NCBI RefSeq assembly: GCF_029143285.1
Contig: NZ_JAPDSH010000006.1
Span: 41,737-65,736 of the forward strand
DNA from: Vagococcus proximus
GTDB lineage: Bacteria > Bacillota > Bacilli > Lactobacillales > Vagococcaceae
Direction of reading: 5' to 3'
Length of the DNA: 24,000 nucleotides
Under the pieces are notes generated by a model that saw nothing but the letters and a program-made list of their open reading frames with translations, was not told the DNA's origin and did not search any database. Of this stretch, positions 16,898 to 24,000 are shown piece by piece. The position numbers and the translations under genes were made by a program. Positions within the stretch are counted from its first letter, which is position 1. Every line of letters starts with the position of its first letter.

Positions 16898-17153
16898 AGA
16901 ATTCCTCCCTTATAATATGATGTTTTATTTGCGTTCATAAATTGATAACTTTAAAAACTACTAAGTGTAATTTTATAGTAATGGTTTACAAAGTCAATAG
17001 TATCTGAATGATATGGAAGAAAAAAAGAATTTTAGTCAAAGTGACAAAAAAATTATTAAGAATGCCTGTTAAAAAAAGATAAGCAGAAGTGTAGACAAAG
17101 TAAGCGTATAACGTTAAAGTAATAAGAGAAATTAACTTAAAGGATGTGTCTAA

Positions 17154-18071
17154 ATGCGTGACGTAATTATTATTGGAGCAGGACCTGGTGGGATGACTGC
17201 CGCTTTATATGCTTCTCGTGCTGAGTTATCAGTAATGGTACTTGAAGGAGGCATTCCTGGTGGGCAAATGAATAACACTGCAGAGGTTGAAAACTACCCA
17301 GGTGTTGGCGTAGTGCAAGGACCAGAATTAGCAAGTAAAATGTTAGAAGATTCAAGTAATTTTGGAGCAGAACATGCTTATGGTTTTGTGACTGAAATAG
17401 AAGATCATGGTGACTATAAAACAGTAGTAACAGATGATGCCCGTTATGATACTAAAACAGTTATCATTGCGACAGGTTCTGAACATCGTAAGTTAGGTGC
17501 CCCTGGTGAAGAAGAGTTCAGCGGTCGTGGTGTATCTTACTGTGCGGTCTGTGATGGCCCGTTTTTCCGTAACAAACACTTAATTGTGATTGGTGGAGGA
17601 GATTCAGCTGTTGAAGAAGGTAGTTATTTAACTCAAGTGGCTTCTAAAGTAACGGTTATTCACCGTCGCGATAAATTAAGAGCACAAAAATTATTACAAG
17701 AGCGTGCGTTTAATAACGAAAAAATGGAATTTATCTGGAATACAACAGTAGAAGAAATCGTAGGAAATGACCGTCAAGTGACAGGACTACGTTTGAAAAA
17801 TGTTGAGACAGGCGATATCACTGAGATGGATGCAGACGGTGTCTTCATTTATGTAGGACTAGACCCCTTATCAGAGCCATTCAAATCATTAGGAATTACT
17901 AATGAAGAAGGTTGGATTGAGACAGATGCCACAATGGCAACATCAGTTCCTGGGATTTATGCTATTGGAGATGTTCGTGCAACAGTATTACGCCAAATCG
18001 CAACAGCTGTTGGAGATGGTAGTATTGCAGGACAAGAAGTTTACAAATATATTGAAGCGTTAAACGATTAA
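17154..18071 (+). CDS. trxB: thioredoxin-disulfide reductase
   Basis: FAD motif GAGPGG, redox-active CAVCDG, NADPH motif GGGDSAVEE plus HRRDKLRA, 305 aa. Confidence 0.95.
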   Translation: MRDVIIIGAGPGGMTAALYASRAELSVMVLEGGIPGGQMNNTAEVENYPGVGVVQGPELASKMLEDSSNFGAEHAYGFVTEIEDHGDYKTVVTDDARYDTKTVIIATGSEHRKLGAPGEEEFSGRGVSYCAVCDGPFFRNKHLIVIGGGDSAVEEGSYLTQVASKVTVIHRRDKLRAQKLLQERAFNNEKMEFIWNTTVEEIVGNDRQVTGLRLKNVETGDITEMDADGVFIYVGLDPLSEPFKSLGITNEEGWIETDATMATSVPGIYAIGDVRATVLRQIATAVGDGSIAGQEVYKYIEALND

Positions 18072-18113
18072 TCGTGTTAAACTAAACATAACTTTTAATC
18101 AGGAAATTTATAG

Positions 18114-18146
18114 AAAGACTTGGACAAAAGTTCAAGTCTTTTTTTG
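18114..18146 (+). terminator. rho-independent terminator after trxB
   Basis: Stem AAAGACTTGGA (18114-18124), loop CAAAAG, stem TTCAAGTCTTT (18131-18141), with the T7 run ending at 18145. Confidence 0.85.
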
Positions 18147-18165
18147 ATGAGGTGGGTGATGAAGC

Positions 18166-18726
18166 ATGTTTGAAACTAAAGTAAGAGAAATTATAGAAAA
18201 TAATCAAGAAATCATGGACGTACTAAGGATTATCGAAGGATTAGACTTAAAAGAAGGGTGTCTGTGTGCCGGGACGATTCGCAATTTAATTTGGCAAGAG
18301 GTATTTGATAATTCTGAAACAGCGATGATTTTAACAGATGTTGATGTTATTTTCTTTGATCCAGAGATGAGTTATGATGAGACACTGAAGCGAGAGAAAG
18401 AATTAAATAGTAACACCCCTAACTGCCAATGGGAATTAAAAAATCAAGTGTATATGCACGTTCATCATCCAAACCAAACTCCCTACAAGTCAGTTGAGGA
18501 TGCCATCTCTAATTTTCCAGAACGATGTACTGCTGTTGGCGCTTACCTTGAGAATGATAAGTTACGATTAATAGCGCCATTCGGGTGGAATGATAACGTA
18601 CGCGGCATAGTGAGACCTACCCCGAGTTTTAGTGAATCATCAACTAATTTAGCATATTATAAAACAAGAGTAGAGTCGAAGAATTGGCAGATGAGATGGC
18701 CTAAATTAATAATTAAAGAGAACTAA
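18166..18726 (+). CDS. uncharacterised nucleotidyltransferase-family protein (NTP_transf_6/DUF925-like)
   Basis: CAGTIRNLIWQ, DVDVIFFD, W.LKNQVYMH, FPERCTAVG, APFGWNDNVRGIVRPTP. The pattern matches my recollection of Pfam PF06042, and no characterised member is known to me. Confidence 0.65.
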   Translation: MFETKVREIIENNQEIMDVLRIIEGLDLKEGCLCAGTIRNLIWQEVFDNSETAMILTDVDVIFFDPEMSYDETLKREKELNSNTPNCQWELKNQVYMHVHHPNQTPYKSVEDAISNFPERCTAVGAYLENDKLRLIAPFGWNDNVRGIVRPTPSFSESSTNLAYYKTRVESKNWQMRWPKLIIKEN

Positions 18727-18741
18727 AAAGAGGTGAAAAAT

Positions 18742-19917
18742 ATGTTGAAAAGTTGTGGTGTGATTGTGGAGTATAATCCCTTTCATAACGGCCATCAGTA
18801 CCATTTAGAAACAGCTCGCGAAGCAAGTCAAGCAGATGTAGTAGTGGCCGTTATGAGTGGGAATTTCTTGCAACGAGGGGAACCAGCAATACTTGATAAA
18901 TGGACGAGAGCAAAAGAAGCTATTGAAAATGGTGCTGACTTGGTTATTGAATTACCAGTCACATCTGCTGTTCAGTCTGCAGATTATTTTGCAAAAGGTG
19001 CTGTGAAGCTGCTTCAGGAATTAGGCGTGTCTTCTTTATGTTTTGGGACTGATAGCGAAGAAGTTTTGGATTATGAGCAATTCGCACGTTTTAATGCAGA
19101 AAATCAAAAGGAAATTAATGAGACGTTTCAGTCGCTTAATCATCTAGGATTAAGCTATCCACAACAAATGAATGAAGTGTACCGACTATTGTTACCTGAC
19201 TGGCCAGTATCGACTCAATCACCTAATCATATATTAGGTATGAGTTACGCTAAAGAAAATCAAAAGTATACTAACCCTATGGCACTTTTTCCGATAAAAC
19301 GTCAGGTGTCGAACTACCATGATAAAGAATTGAATGGCACAAAGTTTGCGAGTGCCACTGCTATTAGAGAAGCTGTATTGTCACATCAATTTGAGGCGCT
19401 AGGTGAGGTGCTACCAGTTGAAACATTTAATGACCTTAATGAGAGTGAGCCGGTTGATTGGGAAAAAGCATGGCCATTTTTAAAGTATCAGTTAATGGTT
19501 AAGTCTGAAGATGAGTTAAAAACAATCTATCAAATGGTTGAAGGAATAGAATACCGTTTAAAAGAGATGGTGCTAAAAGCGACATCGTTTGAAGAATTTG
19601 TAGCATTGGTTAAAACAAAACGATTTACTTGGACTAGAATTCAGCGACTCTGTGTCTATGTGTTGTTACAATTAACTGAAGAAGAAGTGACGCAAAGTTG
19701 GGATAATCCTTATTTAAGACTATTAGGCTTTAACAAGGTAGGGCAAGCTTTTATGAAACAACAGCGTAAAATAGTGACATGTCCTGTTGTAAGTAATTTA
19801 AAAAAAGAACATCAAAAAATTGCTGAATTGGATATTAGAGCAGGATTTGTTTATGAGTTAATAAGTGGGGAAGCGACTAAACAAGATTTTTATAGAATAC
19901 CACATATCAAAAAATAA
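18742..19917 (+). CDS. tmcAL: tRNA(Met) cytidine acetate ligase TmcAL (YlbM/UPF0348 family)
   Basis: GVIVEYNPFHNGHQYH (HxGH-type nucleotidyltransferase motif). The size and layout match YlbM/TmcAL. AGAGGTG lies 6 nt before the ATG at 18742, and the GTG at 18733 is part of the SD. Confidence 0.85.
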   Translation: MLKSCGVIVEYNPFHNGHQYHLETAREASQADVVVAVMSGNFLQRGEPAILDKWTRAKEAIENGADLVIELPVTSAVQSADYFAKGAVKLLQELGVSSLCFGTDSEEVLDYEQFARFNAENQKEINETFQSLNHLGLSYPQQMNEVYRLLLPDWPVSTQSPNHILGMSYAKENQKYTNPMALFPIKRQVSNYHDKELNGTKFASATAIREAVLSHQFEALGEVLPVETFNDLNESEPVDWEKAWPFLKYQLMVKSEDELKTIYQMVEGIEYRLKEMVLKATSFEEFVALVKTKRFTWTRIQRLCVYVLLQLTEEEVTQSWDNPYLRLLGFNKVGQAFMKQQRKIVTCPVVSNLKKEHQKIAELDIRAGFVYELISGEATKQDFYRIPHIKK

Positions 19918-19926
19918 GATACTTCA

Positions 19927-19967
19927 TTGGCACGCTCTTTAGGGCGTGCTATTATTGTCTCTATAAT
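19927..19967 (+). promoter_or_regulatory. candidate promoter(s) of the MBL/GH35/YitT cassette
   Basis: Option A is TTGGCA (19927-19932), 17 nt spacer, TATTAT (19950-19955), spanning the terminator hairpin. Option B is a perfect TATAAT at 19962-19967 with a weak -35 box TTAGGG. Confidence 0.4.
19929..19962 (+). terminator. probable terminator hairpin after tmcAL (imperfect U tract)
   Basis: Stem GCACGCTC (19930-19937), loop TTTA, stem GGGCGTGC (19942-19949, one G-U pair), then TATTATTGTCTCT. Confidence 0.5.
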
Positions 19968-19980
19968 GGAAACGTTTTCG
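19966..19980 (+). promoter_or_regulatory. cre site (CcpA-HPr-Ser-P operator)
   Basis: ATGGAAACGTTTTCG matches WTGNAANCGNWNNCW at 14 of 15 positions. The core AAACGTTT is palindromic. It overlaps or lies just downstream of the -10 candidates, 19 nt before the start codon of a glycosidase operon. Confidence 0.5.
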
Positions 19981-19998
19981 TGTAAGGGAGGTAATAAA

Positions 19999-20826
19999 AT
20001 GAAAATAAAATATTTTGGAACAGCAGCAGCAGAGGGAGTCCCTGCTCTTTTTTGTAAATGCAAAGTGTGTCAGAAGGCTCGTGAATTGGGTGGTAAAGAA
20101 ATTAGAACACGAAGTCAGTCACTGGTAGATGATACCTTACTTATTGATTTTCCAGGTGACAGTTACTTTCATTTTATTCAACACAATTATAACTTAGCCG
20201 ACATAGAACAACTTATTATAACCCATGGTCATGCTGATCATTTTTATCCTGAAGATTTATTAATGCGTATGGGCGGTTATAGTGTTGGTATTGAGACAAC
20301 GCTTTCAGTTTATGGCAATGAAAGAGTTCATAATTTTTATCAACGGGCAGTTGAATTAGAAGGATGGGAAGATAAAAAAAGGCTATCATTTAACGAGGTA
20401 GCACCTTTCAGATTATTTCAAGCAGGTGAATATGATGTTGTTCCATTAGTGGCAGACCATGACCCGAATGAAATGTGTCTAATTTATCAAGTGACACGAG
20501 CTAATAAAACCTTACTTTATGCCCATGATACGGGCTATATCTTAGAAGAAAATTGGGGATTTTGGGAAAAGTCGAGGCCTTATTTCAATTTGGTCAGTTT
20601 AGATTGCACCCATCAAAAGGTAGAAGTACCAAAAAACCATATGAGCATTTACGATAATCTTAAAGTGAAAAATCGTATGTTTAAAATGGGATTAGCTGAT
20701 GAACAGACTAAATTTGTACTGAGTCATTTTTCTCATAATGGAGGAATGCTTCATCATGAAATGGTCCAGTGGGCTGAAGAAAATAATTTTATTATTGCTT
20801 ACGATGGTTTTGAAATAACAGTTTAA
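19999..20826 (+). CDS. MBL-fold metallo-hydrolase with an N-terminal CxCxxC motif (PhnP-like phosphodiesterase subfamily)
   Basis: MKIKYFGTAAAEGVPALFCKCKVCQKAR resembles the PhnP N-terminus, and ITHGHADH is the HxHxDH motif. GGGAGG lies 8 nt before the ATG at 19999. The track start at 19927 (TTG) runs through the terminator hairpin. Confidence 0.75.
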   Translation: MKIKYFGTAAAEGVPALFCKCKVCQKARELGGKEIRTRSQSLVDDTLLIDFPGDSYFHFIQHNYNLADIEQLIITHGHADHFYPEDLLMRMGGYSVGIETTLSVYGNERVHNFYQRAVELEGWEDKKRLSFNEVAPFRLFQAGEYDVVPLVADHDPNEMCLIYQVTRANKTLLYAHDTGYILEENWGFWEKSRPYFNLVSLDCTHQKVEVPKNHMSIYDNLKVKNRMFKMGLADEQTKFVLSHFSHNGGMLHHEMVQWAEENNFIIAYDGFEITV

Positions 20827-20843
20827 TTAGGAGGAATAATACA

Positions 20844-22607
20844 TTGAAGTTTGAGGTGAATAAAGAGTTTTTGATAGATGGTAAGCCGACCAAACTTATA
20901 TCCGGAGCGGTGCACTATTTTAGGATAATCCCTGAGAAATGGAGAGATACATTATATAATTTGAAGGCTATGGGGTGTAATACAGTAGAGACTTATATTC
21001 CATGGAACGTACATGAGCCTCAAAAAGGGAAGTTTAATTTTGAAGGACTAGCCGATATCGAAGCATTTTGTAAACTTGCTCAGGAAATGGAACTCTTTAT
21101 TATTCTTAGACCATCACCATATATATGTGCAGAGTGGGAGTTTGGCGGTCTTCCGGCCTGGTTACTTGAGGACCCTAAAATGAGGATAAGAAGTCAATAT
21201 AATGGATATATTCAAGCAGTAGATGATTATTATAGTGAATTAATTCCACGTCTATTTCCTTATCAAACAACTCAAGGAGGGAGTGTACTCATGATGCAGG
21301 TTGAAAATGAGTATGGTTCTTTTGGAAATGATAAAGATTATTTAAAATTAATTGCTTCTTTATTAAAAAAATATGGGGCTGAAATCCCACTATTTACATC
21401 AGACGGTGGTTGGGAAGCCGCATTAGATTCGGGAGGATTAGCAGAAGATAGTGTATTAGCGACGGCTAATTTTGGTTCGGACGCGAATTCAAATTTTAAA
21501 GCACTAGAGGCTTATCATATGAAGTATGGCAAAGAAGCACCTTTAATGTGTATGGAATTTTGGGACGGCTGGTTTAATAATTGGGGCGAAGAAATTATTA
21601 AACGTGATCCGAATGAAACCGCTGAGGAAGTAAGAGAAATTTTAAAGCGTGGGAGTATTAATTTCTATATGTTTCATGGCGGGACAAATTTTGGTTTTTA
21701 CAATGGCTGTTCGGACCAATTTACTCATAGCACTCCCCAGATAACCTCTTATGATTACGATGCACCGCTGACAGAGTGGGGGATGCCAACCGAAAAATTC
21801 TACGCTATTCAAAAAGTAATAGAAGAGGAATGTCCAAATGTGGAAACATTTGAACCAAAATTGCCAGTTTTTAAAAATATAGGTTGTTTTCAAGTGAAGG
21901 AGAAAGTAAGTTTACCGTCAATCCTTACAGACCTGACGTCACCTGTAAAAAATGACTACCCTTTAACAATGGAAGAAATGGGTCAATCGTTTGGTTATAT
22001 CATGTACCGAACCGAGTTAACAGGGCCCAGAAAGACTGCTTTAAAAGTGACTGAAACAGGGGACAGAGTGCAATTTTTTGTTAACAATGAATTAAAAGCC
22101 ACTCAGTATCAAAATGAAGTAGGAGAAGAAGTTCCTGTTGACTTGCCTTTTGAAAGAAATATTCTTGATATTTTAGTTGAAAATCAAGGGCGAAATAATT
22201 ATGGACCAACACTGATATCACCTCAACAAAGAAAGGGAATTCGTGGTGGTATCAGAGAAGATATTCATTATATCAGTGGATGGGAACATTATAATTTATC
22301 GTTAGATAATAGTAAGGAAATTGATTTTTCAAAAGAATGGATAGAAGGAAGTCCAAGTTTTTATAGGTGTGAAGTAAAGGTGCCTAAACCAGAAAATACA
22401 TTTTTAGATTGTCGTAATTTTGGGAAAGGTGTTGTTTATTTAAATGGATTTCATTTAGGACGTTATTGGAGTAAAGGACCAACCTCTTATTTATTCGTAC
22501 CTAAAGAATTATGGAGAAATGGTGTAAATACTCTTATTATATTTGAAACAGAAGGTAATGAAATCGAAAATGTTAGTTTTAGTGACCACCCTGTTTATGT
22601 GGATTGA
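20844..22607 (+). CDS. beta-galactosidase, glycoside hydrolase family 35 (BgaC-like), cytoplasmic
   Basis: ETYIPWNVHEP, CAEWEFGGLPAWL, QVENEYGS (acid/base Glu) and MCMEFWDGWF (nucleophile Glu). No signal peptide. TTG start with AGGAGG 9 nt upstream. Confidence 0.9.
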   Translation: MKFEVNKEFLIDGKPTKLISGAVHYFRIIPEKWRDTLYNLKAMGCNTVETYIPWNVHEPQKGKFNFEGLADIEAFCKLAQEMELFIILRPSPYICAEWEFGGLPAWLLEDPKMRIRSQYNGYIQAVDDYYSELIPRLFPYQTTQGGSVLMMQVENEYGSFGNDKDYLKLIASLLKKYGAEIPLFTSDGGWEAALDSGGLAEDSVLATANFGSDANSNFKALEAYHMKYGKEAPLMCMEFWDGWFNNWGEEIIKRDPNETAEEVREILKRGSINFYMFHGGTNFGFYNGCSDQFTHSTPQITSYDYDAPLTEWGMPTEKFYAIQKVIEEECPNVETFEPKLPVFKNIGCFQVKEKVSLPSILTDLTSPVKNDYPLTMEEMGQSFGYIMYRTELTGPRKTALKVTETGDRVQFFVNNELKATQYQNEVGEEVPVDLPFERNILDILVENQGRNNYGPTLISPQQRKGIRGGIREDIHYISGWEHYNLSLDNSKEIDFSKEWIEGSPSFYRCEVKVPKPENTFLDCRNFGKGVVYLNGFHLGRYWSKGPTSYLFVPKELWRNGVNTLIIFETEGNEIENVSFSDHPVYVD

Positions 22608-22641
22608 AAAACGAGCTAAATAGAAAGTTAGGTAGTAAAGT

Positions 22642-23244
22642 ATGCAACTTGAACGTAAAGCTGTCCCTTTTATAAAAATTATTATTGGTAATATGTTTAT
22701 GGGTTTTGCCTATGCAAAATGGATGAAGCCGAATGACATTATAAATGGTGGTGTGACAAGTGTCGCCATGATATTAGAAAAAATAACACACTTACCGTTA
22801 TTATATTTGTCTAATGGTGTGACGTTACTGTTATTATTGGCCTGTTATATTTCCCTTGGAAAGGCTAATTTTTTCAGATCACTGATAAGTAGTTGTTGTT
22901 ATATGCTATTTTTTAGCATGTTCTACTCTCTACCATTTAGTGCAACAGTCAATTTACCTATCGATTTTATGCTAGCAAGTGTCTTTATCGCAATAGGGTA
23001 TTATTGTTGTATCTCTTCCAATTCTTCGACTGTAGGTATGGATGTTATTGCCTTAATTATTCATAAAAATAAACCGAAAATAAAAGTAGCAGTATTGATT
23101 CGTTATATTAATTTTGGTGTGTTAGCAGTGGGGGTACTGACATATGGATGGTTATCTATTATAGTAGGTGTGTTATTTAGTTATGTTAATTCGTACCTGC
23201 TTAATTTCTTATTAGAAGCAAAAGCAAAAGGGCAATTAATATAA
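22642..23244 (+). CDS. YitT-family (DUF161 repeat) membrane protein, membrane module only
   Basis: Two repeats each carry the YitT signature (INGGVTSVAMIL and SSTVGMDVIALIIHK). About 6 TM helices in 200 aa, so it lacks the C-terminal soluble DUF2179 domain of full-length YitT proteins. Confidence 0.55.
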   Translation: MQLERKAVPFIKIIIGNMFMGFAYAKWMKPNDIINGGVTSVAMILEKITHLPLLYLSNGVTLLLLLACYISLGKANFFRSLISSCCYMLFFSMFYSLPFSATVNLPIDFMLASVFIAIGYYCCISSNSSTVGMDVIALIIHKNKPKIKVAVLIRYINFGVLAVGVLTYGWLSIIVGVLFSYVNSYLLNFLLEAKAKGQLI

Positions 23245-23317
23245 ATAGTTATTAAAAATAATAGTTAAAAAAAAGAAATAACCTTTTATCTGGTTCAGAA
23301 ATAAATATAAATAATCC

Positions 23318-23346
23318 TTAACAAATAGGCGATTACTTAGTATAAT
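23318..23346 (+). promoter_or_regulatory. consensus-like sigma-A promoter of the YeeN-type gene
   Basis: TTAACA (23318-23323), 17 nt spacer, TATAAT (23341-23346). Confidence 0.6.
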
Positions 23347-23386
23347 GAACAAGTATAAAAATTGAACTAGGAAAGAGATGAATATA

Positions 23387-24000
23387 ATGGGTCGTAAGTG
23401 GGAAAATATTAAAGAAAAAAAAGCTGGAAAAGATTCAGCTAATAGTAAGATATATGCAAAATTTGGCGTAGAGATTTACGTTGCAGCAAAACAAGGTGAA
23501 CCTGATCCGGCTCTAAACCAAAAGTTACAATCAGTTATTGATCGTGCTAAGACATATAATGTACCGAAACACGTTATTGATCGTGCTATTGATAAAGCAA
23601 AAGGCTCAAGTGATGAAACGTTCTCAGAGTTACGTTATGAAGGTTTCGGACCAAACGGGTCTATGATTATTGTTGATGCTCTTACAAACAATGCTAACCG
23701 TACAGCGTCAGACGTTCGTGCAGCATATGGTAAAAATGGCGGTAACATGGGTGTGAGTGGTGCAGTTGCTTACATGTTTGATAATACAGCTGTTTTCGCA
23801 TACGAAGGTAATAATGCAGATGAAATGTTTGAAACGTTATTAGAAGCAGATATTGAAGTACGTGATGTTATGGCAGAAGCAGGTCAAGTTATCATTTATG
23901 CTGAACCAGAAGATTTCAATAATGTACGTAACGCTTTACAAGAGAATGGCGTAAAAGAATTTACAGTAGCAGAATTAGAGATGTTAGCTCAAAATGAAGT
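23387..24000 (+). CDS. yeeN: YebC/PmpR-family protein, YeeN (YebC2) subtype, 3'-truncated by the window edge
   Basis: My own translation from the ATG at 23387 reads [73 protein letters not shown]...YEGFGPNG. The frame is open to the end of the window, and it is absent from the ORF track because no stop codon is reached. Confidence 0.9.
   Translation, partial: MGRKWENIKEKKAGKDSANSKIYAKFGVEIYVAAKQGEPDPALNQKLQSVIDRAKTYNVPKHVIDRAIDKAKGSSDETFSELRYEGFGPNGSMIIVDALTNNANRTASDVRAAYGKNGGNMGVSGAVAYMFDNTAVFAYEGNNADEMFETLLEADIEVRDVMAEAGQVIIYAEPEDFNNVRNALQENGVKEFTVAELEMLAQNE

Noticed and set aside
16876-16938. A 20 aa putative leader peptide (MNANKTSYYKGGILCHLNSN) on the minus strand overlapping the MATE start, suggesting attenuation control of the efflux gene.
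   Set aside because: There is no SD upstream of its ATG, and I could not find alternative terminator/antiterminator hairpins in the leader. It cannot be supported from sequence alone.
17008-17073. A 21-codon basic small ORF (MIWKKKRILVKVTKKIIKNAC) in the 256 bp MATE-trxB intergenic region.
   Set aside because: It has no SD and no obvious promoter or terminator. The lysine-rich composition simply reflects A-rich DNA.
16898-17153. A riboswitch (for example a guanidine/ykkC-type element upstream of the MATE gene) or a PerR/Rex/Spx-type box in the long divergent MATE-trxB intergenic region. This includes TTATAATATGATGTT at 16911-16925.
   Set aside because: The region is AT-rich and has none of the GC-rich conserved cores of known riboswitch classes. 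The PerR-like match covers only one half-site, and only trivial short palindromes (TAACGTTA) are present.
247-19998. N-terminal extensions in the ORF track: 247-318, 1166-1180, 4107-4127, 5535-5543, 5642-5680, 11961-11972, 13705-13722, 18733-18741, 19927-19998.
   Set aside because: In each case a downstream start codon has a strong SD at 6-9 nt (11 nt at 11973). The upstream start lacks one, overlaps the SD itself, lies upstream of the predicted TSS, or runs through a terminator hairpin. Family N-termini (for example [15 protein letters not shown]-type, MTGGEIAALI) support the shorter forms.
1498-21893. Antisense or out-of-frame ORFs from the six-frame track: 1498-1728, 2191-2526, 2274-2504, 3804-4016, 4707-4898, 5138-5326, 5308-5496, 9923-10138, 12353-12562, 13061-13264, 15774-15962, 17170-17355, 21642-21893.
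   Set aside because: Each lies entirely inside a longer ORF that has clear family motifs. None has a Shine-Dalgarno, and their translations are low-complexity or show no recognisable motifs. They are shadow ORFs typical of AT-rich genomes.
23245-23317. A possible terminator after the YitT-type gene.
   Set aside because: Only AT-only imperfect pairings (GTTATT/AATAAT-like) are present, followed by an A-run rather than a T-run. No credible intrinsic terminator could be defined.
1-24000. A search for CRISPR repeats, tRNA/rRNA genes, IS elements or inverted terminal repeats, integrase/recombinase genes, toxin-antitoxin pairs, and defence-system hallmarks (nucleases, STAND/AAA+ ATPases, reverse transcriptases, cyclases).
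   Set aside because: None was found by eye. There are no regularly spaced direct repeats, no cloverleaf-compatible GC-rich segments and no transposase-like ORFs. Every ORF of 60 aa or more is accounted for by housekeeping or transport/catabolic families. The only nucleotidyltransferase (18166-18726) lacks a HEPN-type or effector partner.

Overview
This is a 24 kb chromosomal segment from a low-GC Firmicute. Gene content and synteny suggest Lactobacillales, possibly an Enterococcaceae/Carnobacteriaceae-like organism, but that placement is inference only. I support 21 complete CDS. There is also one 3'-truncated CDS at the right edge (a YeeN/YebC-type protein, absent from the ORF track because it runs off the window) and a possible 30-codon gene tail at the left edge. 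I found no rRNA, tRNA, CRISPR array, transposase, integrase or phage gene.

Most of the window is conserved housekeeping. In order: csp; a DUF308 membrane protein; murI, an rph::rdgB fusion and a YfcE-type phosphoesterase as one packed operon; cbpB convergent with an MscS-type channel; a DUF948/YtxH stress pair; ccpA; a class A PBP; nfo; yneF; a heterodimeric ABC exporter pair; a MATE exporter; trxB; an NTP_transf_6 nucleotidyltransferase plus tmcAL; a three-gene cassette of a PhnP-like MBL hydrolase, a GH35 beta-galactosidase and a short YitT-type membrane protein; and yeeN.

Several ORF-track starts look over-extended. I moved them to the start codon with a properly spaced Shine-Dalgarno: 319, 1165, 4128, 5534, 5681, 11973, 13723, 18742 and 19999.

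I do not see an obvious defence island or a clearly novel multi-gene system. The observations most worth a second look are:
- the cre-controlled MBL/GH35/YitT cassette wedged between two housekeeping genes;
- the uncharacterised nucleotidyltransferase apparently co-transcribed with tmcAL;
- the Pro/Ala linker plus Asn/Tyr/Gly repeat tail on the PBP, and a perfect inverted repeat on that gene's promoter;
- the asymmetric ATP sites of the ABC pair;
- a recurring terminator architecture, with four shared bidirectional terminators and three cases of a terminator followed immediately by the next gene's RBS.

All functional calls rest on motifs I can read in the translations and on remembered family knowledge. 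No database search was run.
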